Source: a virus
Taxonomy: Duplodnaviria > Caudoviricetes
DNA: 55,187 nt
Strand: one strand, 5' to 3'
IMG/VR virus record: IMGVR_UViG_3300037846_000003
Span: 1-55,187 of that record
This document shows positions 46,504 through 54,578 of the stretch, piece after piece. The stretch's first letter is position 1. Every line of letters begins with the position of its first letter. Made by a program: the position numbers and the translations under genes. The notes beneath the pieces are model-generated. The model did no database searches. It was not told where the DNA came from and was given only the letters and a program-made list of their open reading frames with translations.

Positions 46504-49500
46504 ATGACTGACTATCCCGGCTATGACATAGCACCTAGCGATATCTACCATCGTGGTGGGGGTAGCGACGTTTATGGCTTACGTAACTCTAATGCTGATC
46601 CCAGTTACAAGCTCACTGATCCATCTATAGAGCCGACCCCTGATCAAGCGCCAACGCTTAACGATCATCTGCTTAACCTGTATGGCGCTAGCCTGAATAC
46701 ATTGGCGGGTGTGCGCCGTGGTATGGCGCAACTCCAATCCGATCCCGACTCCCGTAAGTCCTATGATGCTTTAGCTGACGAAGCCAATCAATCAGCCCGT
46801 GATACGTTTAGCCAAATGACGCCCGCAGGGCAGGACACTGCAACCAAATGGAATAAGCATTGGATACACGGCGCTCTTATGGGAGCCGAACAACAGATAC
46901 CAATGCTTGTACCCGCTGGCGCGGCAGAAGCAGTAGGTGGTCCCGCCGCAGCCGCTGCGGTCTATGGTGGGCTATCGGCTGGACAGGCCGCAGATAGTTT
47001 CTTTCATGCCGTAGCTGAAGCCCCAAGTTGGCAGTTGGAGCGTAATCCCGAATATAAGGCTCTAGTTGATGGAGGTATGTCAGAGGCTGATGCACGACAA
47101 ACTTTTGCTCACAATCATGTGAACGATGCTGAACAGTTGCTTGTTGCTGGCGTTACCGGGGCAGGAGTAGGCTATCTAGGACCGGCAGCAAAATTCTTTG
47201 GTCGAGGCTTACTTGGCGGCACAGGACAGAGCGCGCTTAAGAGTATAGCGGCTGGATCGGCAGAAGCCGGTACCGCTATGGGACTACAAACTGGGTTTAT
47301 GGATGCGGCGCAAGCGCATGCATTAGGCGGGATAGGGTTAGACGCAGACAGTGATGAAGATATATTAACGCATGCTGGCGAGGCTGCACTAACTGGCGCA
47401 GCTATTGGCGCAGTGGGTGGTGGTGTAAGTCGTATCTTCCATCGCGAACCGCCGCCTGAGAAGACTTATCCATACACCCCCTACAGTGATTTAACAAAAA
47501 GACCTACAACTGATGCGGCGGGAGCGCGAGCCGAAGGTCCGCCATCTGATGAATCTATGGCTGATGCTTTAAAACTTGGGGGTTATCAGTTTAGAGGACG
47601 ATCCGCTGACTTCCCTCCCAGTTCTGATTATACTGGGATGGACAATGAAGCCAAGCGTACAGCGGCTAACGAACGACATGAAGATCCAGTAGCAGGGCGT
47701 AACGCAAGTATCGAGGGAACTGGACGGGCTGGGTTAAAGCCAGAGGCGGAAACAGCAACCAAAACCACCACAAAGAAGACAACCAGTACCCCATCAAGTC
47801 CAGTTGGCGACGAACAGAATGCGGCGCTCGATGATACGCTCGCGCCACAGTGGATGTTTCAACGCCACTCGATGATCCGCGATCTGCGAGCATCGGACCC
47901 ATCTTTGGTATACAGCGATCTTCTCAAGATGAACCGGGAGACGCTAACCGCCGCTCACGATAAACTGCAAGCAGTTAAGGAACCGCAAGCTCAACCAGAA
48001 CAACCAGCACCACAACAAGCAGCGGCGCAAGCTCCTCAAGCTCCACCTAAACCAGACGTTACGGCTGGCCTACCGCTAGGCGGTAAACCCACATCAGCGG
48101 GCGACTTTGCGGATGTTCCCGAAGGCGGTGCGCCCTCTCCACCTCCTCGCGTCGAACCGCCACGGGAAGTGCAATCGGATGAACCGGGATACGATGAGTG
48201 GGCGGAACAGGTTAAGCAAGCCGAGCAGGGCAAGGCTGCGCCAACCCCAGCACGGGAAGCGGAAGCGCCAGCGCCCGCACCCAAAGCGCCGCTCAAAGCT
48301 GCCGCCGAACCTAAACTGCAAGCAGTTAAGCCGACGACGGTGATGGGCGAAGCGCTCAAGCCGTTGCTGGAAAAACTGCAAACGACCAAAGCGCCAAAGG
48401 AAGTTAAGCCCCTCGAAGAACGGAAAGGGAAGAACCTAACCAAGCCAGAGAAAGCTGCCTTTATATCGAACAACCGCCGTGCTGACCAGATTGTACAAGA
48501 ACATCCTGCGACGGCGAAAGATTGGCTGGCATGGCAACCAGAGAAGTCCGGTGGTACAGGGGCGACAACAGGACTAGTCAATCGTTTGAAAGCGATGGTG
48601 GCTGCGGCTGACGATCCCAAGACTGGGATAAAGACACCCCAGTTATTTATTCGTGCCGCCAAGGACACTCTTACTCATTCGCCTAGCGTGTTAGTCATTG
48701 ACGAAGCCAAGCGTTTACTGGCTAGATTTGACAAAGAAAAGGGCAGATTTCATACTGAAGATATCCAACGGTACATTGAGCGTGAGCAACGATTAACTCA
48801 CCCCGATATGGATCACGCTAAAGAATACAATAAGATATTAGAGGAACGTTCCAAAGAAGCCGAGCGTATGATGGCGAAGACGGGCAAAGGCCCGCAAGCT
48901 GGCGTGCGTCAGTTCAAGGAAGGTGAGGAAGGTCAAGTTGCAGAGGGGGAACAACTACGCGGTGAGCATGAAGAGATACCAGAAGAGGAAGAAGTCAAGC
49001 ATAAGTTCTCTGAACCACTACCCGAACCTCCATCGATAGAGGCTAGTCCTAAAGAATGGGCGGCTTGGAAAGATGAGTTCCGTGATCACCCATTAGTAAA
49101 GGCATCGGTTAACCTTCCGGCACTGAGGCATCTTCGACCGGAGGATATGAGCAATAATCAATTGGTTGGTTTGTATCATGATCTGAGTAAAGTTAAAGCT
49201 GAAATCGACGCCAAGATGGCTGGCAAGCAGAAAGGAACGCTAGCCGAAGCCGTAACGTCAGCCGAAGAACTTAAGGCCAAGCATGCCGAAGAAGCCGCAG
49301 AACCTACAGTCCCTATTGGCAAGGCAGCAAAGGCGATTGCAACATCCAAGGCGAGAGAAGAAGCTAAAGCAGCGAAGAAAGCTGAAAAAGCAGAGCAAGC
49401 ACTGCAAGCTGGAAAAGCTGTACCCTTTGGCGAGTTAATGGGTAAACTGCCAGCAGTTAAGGAAGGTCTTGATCTCAATCGTATCGAGAAGGCATTCAGT

Positions 49501-52500
49501 GAAGACAAGCCGACTACCAAGGTAGGATCGAAGGCTGTATCGTTCGATGAACTACTAGGTAAGACCAAGGATGGTGAAGTCCCGGCGCATATGGCTGACG
49601 GTACAGAAGGAACCGTTACCTCCCATAGGACAACGACAGTAAGAGACGCTTTGGGTAAGGTTAACCCATCCATCTTCCCACCTGTGTTTAGGGGGATGGC
49701 GCGGATAATGATGTCAAAGATAATCGATAAGGTTGGCGATACACCGGTTCATTTGCTTAACGATTCCGAGATGAGCAAGCTCGGTCCCGCAGGGAACGTC
49801 TATGGCAAGTATGACACCAAGTTAGATCGCATCTATCTCAATACAGACCTTGACCCCAAGGGCGAGCGCGCCTCAATCTTCCATGAAGCTTTCCATGCCG
49901 CTACGATCAAAGGTATATTTGAAACGAAAGGTTTGGGTGTTCTGGTAGCTCGGCTGTGGCGTGAGGCCGACCCCGTTAGCGCTAAAGATGTTACCAAGGG
50001 TGAGGATATCCTTAGACACTCGATAGAGTGGCTGACTTACTTTATGACTAACAAAGATGTGATGGAGGGCTTTAAGAGCGCTAAGATATCGCCTGAGCTT
50101 GCCAAAGACATAGGCATACCGGTATGGCGGAAGAAGACAATCTTCGAGGGTGTGCTAGCGGGTATCAGGAAAGCTCTAGGGTTTGGACCGCGAGAGACAG
50201 GCGCGGTTGAAGCTGCACTGGCTCTAAGTGAGCGTGCTATCGCCCATCGTGAGGATGCAGTTATAGATGCACAAGCAAAGAAACCGCCAACAGCTTTCTA
50301 CGATGAGGAGGTGCCCACCCGTCTAACCAAAGAATATAATGGCATACAGGGTAGGATAAGTAAGATCGTTGATGAACAGGTTACACCTCGCGGCACGGGG
50401 GCTATGCTACGCATCAAGCAACTGTTTAACTCTCCACGCGAATGGATGGTTGAGATGGAGAAGAATGGGCATTTTGGTGGCGCGATACGTCAAGTGTTTG
50501 AGCATATGTCAGCGCAAGGGATTGAGCGCGAGAATATCCTTAAGTTATCGAACCCGGTTATGAAGTCGGTCGCCACACTATGGAATAAAAGGCCAGAGGA
50601 ATATCATAAGCTGGTTGACTTGTTGATATCGTCTACAGTGAACGGCGCGCATCCAGACTATGAACTGGGTGAAGGCAAGAACAAATTCATCCGTGAGAGG
50701 GAGAACCCTGAAGAGTCGAACATGGATCATTGGGAGGCGATCAATGGTGGACACGCCAAGGATCGAGCCGCTTATAAAGATTTGGAAGAACCTACGCAAG
50801 AGATATATCGTAAGGTGCGGAATGAGTTTGAACGTATAAACGAAGACGATATCAAGGCGGCGCGAACTACTTTGGGTGCCGCAGTTCAGTCTCATATGGC
50901 TAGGATGGATTACGATGTGGGATTGAAGGATGCAACTCAGAAGGTTATCGATGGCAAGAAGTTAACCAAAGACGAGCAAGAAAAATACGGCGACGATCCA
51001 AACATCGAGCATCTGCAAGTTTATGACAAGATGCTCAAAGACGCGACGGAGCGTGGGCCGTACTTCCCACTCAAGCGCACGTCCGGTCGCTATGCGATCA
51101 TCGGTCAATACAAATATGAAATTCCTAAGAACGCTACCCGCCATCCAGATGAAGAAAATCGTATCATCTTCCCTGACCGTAAGTCGGCTTACAACTTTAC
51201 CGGTGAAGTCGGGCTACCTTCTTATCGGGACACTAGACATTTCTGGCCACAACAAGATGGCACGAAGAAATACACCACGCATGATAACATAAGCAGCGAG
51301 CCAGATTGGCGTGGCGAGACGGAGCCAGCACAAGAGTTCCATGTGGTGGTAAACCCACACCATGTCGAGTTTGCCGATAGCATGGTCGAGGGTGAGAAAA
51401 TCCGTAGGGCTATGCTTCAAGCTGGGGTCGATCCCGCTTCACTGTCAGCAGTTATCCCGGCTGAGAATATCCCACTACAAAAGTACGGACTATTTGGCCC
51501 GCAAGTTAAGCAGATGGTCAACCGTCTGGACAAGCTACCCTATCTCACTCCTGATGAACGCAAGGGAGCAGCGGAAGCTATCGAGCATGTGGCGATAGCG
51601 AACATGGTGGGCAACCGTATATCGCAGAGTATGCTGCGCCGTAACCGTACAGCCGGGGCGAGTGAAGATATTCTGAAGACAATGGATACGCGGAGACGAT
51701 CATCGGCTGGTTTCCAAGCTATGGCGAAGCATCGTGGCGCGATTGATGATAACATTAATCAGATGAAAGACTACGCCAAGGCTAACCGTAACGATCCTAA
51801 TATACAAGCCGCCTTGAATATGTTCGTGGATCGCACAACGAACTTCCAACAAGACGCCCTTAGCGACATGAATATGTCTAAGATGTGGGGCCATATCTCT
51901 CAGATGGCAACATTGAAATACCTCGTCTCGCCAGCGTTCCTTGCTTACCATCAGCTTCACATGCCATTGGTCGTGATCCCAAGGCTAGCGCGAGATATCG
52001 GTTGGTTCCCAGCCTTTCGCGTTGCCTTGAATACCTATAAGCAAATGTCTGGCGGTATGCCCATTATCGGTCGAGGATTTAAGAGCGCATTCCAGCGGGC
52101 GTGGGATTATGACAAAGACCCGATTGATTTTATTGATGCACTTAAGAATGAACTCCAGAAGCATGGCGGTACAGACGACGAGTTAAAGGCGATCCAATGG
52201 GCAGAAGACCACGATTTATTACATCACACTGGTATCAGCTTCTCCGCCTCGTATCGAGGTATGGGGATGATGGATCGGCTCGAACAGCGTAGCCGCAACA
52301 TCTCGCAAGAGATTATTGGTAGCGCCGACGCCATCAACCGGTTTAATTCCATCTTGATGTTTTATCGTACAGCGCGGGATCGGTTTGGCCTAAGAGGCGA
52401 AGAGGCTTACCGTTGGGCGACAGATAGGGTAGCGGAGACGCAAGGACAGTTCTCAGCCTTTAATCGTATCGAGGCTTTCCGTAACCCCAATGTTCGCGCC

Positions 52501-53439
52501 GTGGCACAATTCAAGTCGTTCCCTCTGATCCTGATGAAGACCGTAACCAAAGCGCTTTACAACTCATTGCGCTGGGGTGCAACGGGAGAAGAACGATGGC
52601 AAGCCCTAAGTACCCTTGGCGGGTTGATGGGCGCGTCGATGGCGCTATCGGGTGTGCAAGGCGCAGTGCCGGAACCGATAGAAGATATCAACAACATTAT
52701 GAGTATATTTGGGTTAACCAATACTTGGGATACTTACGAAGACAAGCTTCGCACGATGGCGGCAGACAATACAAGTCCAGAAGTCGCCAACCTTCTGATG
52801 AGCGGACTAGGTGGCGCACTCGGTGTTGATCTGACCCACCGTGGTGGTATCAGTGATCTAACTGGACTGACACAACTGCACGCAGCCAAACCGCAAGACA
52901 TGAATGAGACATGGCTTAAGTTTGTCTCTGGTGTACCCGGTGCTATCATGGGGGATGGGTTAGAGGGGATCGGTGATCTACAAGCTGGCAATATGACAGA
53001 AGCGTTGAAGTTGTTGGTGCCAAGAGCGATCACTGATCCTATCAAAGCCTATCAGCTATATAATCAAGGTGTCACCACTAGAGCAGGGCATGTGCTTACT
53101 GAGCCAGTGGGTGTGCCAGATGCGCTCAGAAGGGCGCTTGGCTTTACTACCCAGACAGAAGCCCATGCCCGTGAAGCACGGCATATGACCTATCTAGATC
53201 GCCAGCAACTATCGGGTGAGCGCGCCAACATAACAGAGATGTGGACGCAAGGCGACCGGGCTGGCGCTATACAAGCGATGCGCGACTATAATGAGAGCAA
53301 CCCTGATTCTCGGATGAGTGTAACCCAGCTACAGTCAGCCGCTAAACGTGCGGCACGACCAACCATATTCGGCTATCCAGACACCCCTCAATCGCGAGGC
53401 GAGCTAGAACATAGGGCAAGCGTATACGGTTTACGTTAA
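46504..53439 (+). CDS. Giant 2311-aa ejection / polyvalent protein with zincin motif and PLxRFG-like region
   Basis: GKYD...IYLN...IFHEAFHAAT (HExxH) followed by IEWL; YFPLKRTSGRY; helical C-terminus. Confidence 0.7.
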   Translation: MTDYPGYDIAPSDIYHRGGGSDVYGLRNSNADPSYKLTDPSIEPTPDQAPTLNDHLLNLYGASLNTLAGVRRGMAQLQSDPDSRKSYDALADEANQSARDTFSQMTPAGQDTATKWNKHWIHGALMGAEQQIPMLVPAGAAEAVGGPAAAAAVYGGLSAGQAADSFFHAVAEAPSWQLERNPEYKALVDGGMSEADARQTFAHNHVNDAEQLLVAGVTGAGVGYLGPAAKFFGRGLLGGTGQSALKSIAAGSAEAGTAMGLQTGFMDAAQAHALGGIGLDADSDEDILTHAGEAALTGAAIGAVGGGVSRIFHREPPPEKTYPYTPYSDLTKRPTTDAAGARAEGPPSDESMADALKLGGYQFRGRSADFPPSSDYTGMDNEAKRTAANERHEDPVAGRNASIEGTGRAGLKPEAETATKTTTKKTTSTPSSPVGDEQNAALDDTLAPQWMFQRHSMIRDLRASDPSLVYSDLLKMNRETLTAAHDKLQAVKEPQAQPEQPAPQQAAAQAPQAPPKPDVTAGLPLGGKPTSAGDFADVPEGGAPSPPPRVEPPREVQSDEPGYDEWAEQVKQAEQGKAAPTPAREAEAPAPAPKAPLKAAAEPKLQAVKPTTVMGEALKPLLEKLQTTKAPKEVKPLEERKGKNLTKPEKAAFISNNRRADQIVQEHPATAKDWLAWQPEKSGGTGATTGLVNRLKAMVAAADDPKTGIKTPQLFIRAAKDTLTHSPSVLVIDEAKRLLARFDKEKGRFHTEDIQRYIEREQRLTHPDMDHAKEYNKILEERSKEAERMMAKTGKGPQAGVRQFKEGEEGQVAEGEQLRGEHEEIPEEEEVKHKFSEPLPEPPSIEASPKEWAAWKDEFRDHPLVKASVNLPALRHLRPEDMSNNQLVGLYHDLSKVKAEIDAKMAGKQKGTLAEAVTSAEELKAKHAEEAAEPTVPIGKAAKAIATSKAREEAKAAKKAEKAEQALQAGKAVPFGELMGKLPAVKEGLDLNRIEKAFSEDKPTTKVGSKAVSFDELLGKTKDGEVPAHMADGTEGTVTSHRTTTVRDALGKVNPSIFPPVFRGMARIMMSKIIDKVGDTPVHLLNDSEMSKLGPAGNVYGKYDTKLDRIYLNTDLDPKGERASIFHEAFHAATIKGIFETKGLGVLVARLWREADPVSAKDVTKGEDILRHSIEWLTYFMTNKDVMEGFKSAKISPELAKDIGIPVWRKKTIFEGVLAGIRKALGFGPRETGAVEAALALSERAIAHREDAVIDAQAKKPPTAFYDEEVPTRLTKEYNGIQGRISKIVDEQVTPRGTGAMLRIKQLFNSPREWMVEMEKNGHFGGAIRQVFEHMSAQGIERENILKLSNPVMKSVATLWNKRPEEYHKLVDLLISSTVNGAHPDYELGEGKNKFIRERENPEESNMDHWEAINGGHAKDRAAYKDLEEPTQEIYRKVRNEFERINEDDIKAARTTLGAAVQSHMARMDYDVGLKDATQKVIDGKKLTKDEQEKYGDDPNIEHLQVYDKMLKDATERGPYFPLKRTSGRYAIIGQYKYEIPKNATRHPDEENRIIFPDRKSAYNFTGEVGLPSYRDTRHFWPQQDGTKKYTTHDNISSEPDWRGETEPAQEFHVVVNPHHVEFADSMVEGEKIRRAMLQAGVDPASLSAVIPAENIPLQKYGLFGPQVKQMVNRLDKLPYLTPDERKGAAEAIEHVAIANMVGNRISQSMLRRNRTAGASEDILKTMDTRRRSSAGFQAMAKHRGAIDDNINQMKDYAKANRNDPNIQAALNMFVDRTTNFQQDALSDMNMSKMWGHISQMATLKYLVSPAFLAYHQLHMPLVVIPRLARDIGWFPAFRVALNTYKQMSGGMPIIGRGFKSAFQRAWDYDKDPIDFIDALKNELQKHGGTDDELKAIQWAEDHDLLHHTGISFSASYRGMGMMDRLEQRSRNISQEIIGSADAINRFNSILMFYRTARDRFGLRGEEAYRWATDRVAETQGQFSAFNRIEAFRNPNVRAVAQFKSFPLILMKTVTKALYNSLRWGATGEERWQALSTLGGLMGASMALSGVQGAVPEPIEDINNIMSIFGLTNTWDTYEDKLRTMAADNTSPEVANLLMSGLGGALGVDLTHRGGISDLTGLTQLHAAKPQDMNETWLKFVSGVPGAIMGDGLEGIGDLQAGNMTEALKLLVPRAITDPIKAYQLYNQGVTTRAGHVLTEPVGVPDALRRALGFTTQTEAHAREARHMTYLDRQQLSGERANITEMWTQGDRAGAIQAMRDYNESNPDSRMSVTQLQSAAKRAARPTIFGYPDTPQSRGELEHRASVYGLR

Positions 53440-53463
53440 CTGCTGACAGTTAAGGAGGTAACG

Positions 53464-53649
53464 ATGAGCACGATTGGTTTAATTTTAGTGATCCTCCTCG
53501 TCGTCATTCTCCTTGGCGGCGTGGGTGGATCTTATCTTCGTGCGCCGTGGGGCTACGGTTACGGCTATGGTCATGGCGGTATTGGTTTGCTGGGGGTACT
53601 CTTGATCATCCTGATCATACTAATGTTATCAGGAAGGATGCCATACTGA
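53464..53649 (+). CDS. DUF3309-like small membrane protein
   Basis: Two hydrophobic helices around PWGYGYGYGHGGIG; RBS AGGAGG. Confidence 0.7.
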   Translation: MSTIGLILVILLVVILLGGVGGSYLRAPWGYGYGYGHGGIGLLGVLLIILIILMLSGRMPY

Positions 53650-53765
53650 TGCCTAGAAGCCCCTACCGAGGCGTTCGTGTTTCTTCAGTTATTCTCCACT
53701 CTTTTGATCGGCGTCTCTACGCACGTCGCGCTCGGCCGAGGTACCGCCAGCTATAGGAGAGATAC

Positions 53766-53981
53766 ATGCGATGTGAATGGTGCAACGGTAGGAACTTCAT
53801 CGATAACATGCCATGCACGCATTGCTTCGGCATGGGAATTAGTTGTTGCGGTGATATAGGAGATTGCGATGCCTTCAGACGAAGTGATGCACAATTGGAA
53901 GGCGGGGAAACTACACAGCGGCTCAAAGACGGGGCCAGTGGTGAAGGATCAGGACCAAGCGGTGGCTATCATGATGAGTGA
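53766..53981 (+). CDS. Small Cys-rich protein
   Basis: CEWCNG...CTHCFGMG; RBS AGGAG; overlaps next ORF. Confidence 0.4.
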   Translation: MRCEWCNGRNFIDNMPCTHCFGMGISCCGDIGDCDAFRRSDAQLEGGETTQRLKDGASGEGSGPSGGYHDE

Positions 53982-54186
53982 GAAGCGCGAAGAAGCCAAG
54001 CATGGCGGCAAGTATCCAGAGAAGAAGGGATACAAGAAAGGCGGCGAGGTTACTTCCTCTCATGCCGCCCACACACAGAACCTTGTGGAGACTGTAGCAA
54101 ACCCCACCGGGCATATTAAGCTTAAGAAGGGTGGACAAGTAGAGCCAGCATCGCGAACTGGCTGGAAACGTTGGGGTGCGCGCTAA
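53869..54186 (+). CDS. DUF6496-like protein
   Basis: VMHNWKAGKLHSGSKTGPVVKDQDQAVAIMMSE; RBS AGGAG. Confidence 0.65.
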   Translation: MPSDEVMHNWKAGKLHSGSKTGPVVKDQDQAVAIMMSEKREEAKHGGKYPEKKGYKKGGEVTSSHAAHTQNLVETVANPTGHIKLKKGGQVEPASRTGWKRWGAR

Positions 54187-54398
54187 CTGCCCGCAGTTAA
54201 GAACTACGATGATGGAATGTACTAATCAACATTGGGCTTTATTTAAAGGCTCGTCTAGGGCTGTCTTCCCTGTTTGGCTACTACCCTACCGGCTCCCCTA
54301 TAAAACCCGCCCACGGTGCCAATCCGCCTCACCTACGCGCCTTCTGGAGGGTGATCCTCGGCCTTCCGCTCGATCCCCCTCCTTCGATTTATGCACCC

Positions 54399-54427
54399 AT
54401 TATACGCTAGCTCTTTGGAAAAGTCAA
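54399..54427 (-). promoter_or_regulatory. Near-consensus leftward sigma70 promoter with no downstream ORF
   Basis: TTGACT-17bp-TATAAT on minus strand. Confidence 0.7.
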
Positions 54428-54514
54428 ATGCTTTTATTAGGTGTACTTATACAATTATTAGATAGGGCATATATGACCGTTTTATTATTGTTATTAGGAA
54501 ATTCCGAATGGGGC

Positions 54515-54543
54515 TTGACATTATTTGACGTTTCGCGTATAGT
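54515..54543 (+). promoter_or_regulatory. Endolysin promoter (TTGACA-N5-TGACG family)
   Basis: TTGACA TTATT TGACG TTTCGCG TATAGT, 17-bp spacer. Confidence 0.7.
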
Positions 54544-54578
54544 GCGTTACACTTCTCCCGTAACTGTGAGCAGTTAAG

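Larger units (their letters stand above)
525..54576. repeat. Dispersed 16-bp palindrome TAACTGYNNRCAGTTA, 38 copies found by eye
   Basis: Copy starts: 525, 2451, 2947, 3797, 4731, 6227, 6721, 9028, 10310, 11497, 12964, 14097, 15394, 15834, 16349, 16924, 17666, 20348, 20964, 23820, 27194, 28606, 30565, 33367, 36118, 37136, 39376, 40832, 42384, 44385 (15-bp variant), 45219, 47962, 48313, 49444, 51439, 53437, 54184, 54561. Confidence 0.97.

Noticed and set aside
21238-53045. Many 60-210 aa alternative-frame and antisense ORFs inside portal, capsid, fibre and ejection genes
   Set aside because: Shadow ORFs of GC-rich low-complexity coding sequence, lacking RBS or recognisable motifs
525-54576. 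Palindromes as a CRISPR array, with the Cas4-like nuclease as cas gene
   Set aside because: Copies are 0.35-3.4 kb apart and lie within genes, with no 30-40 nt spacers; the nuclease sits in a replication operon and no other cas genes are visible
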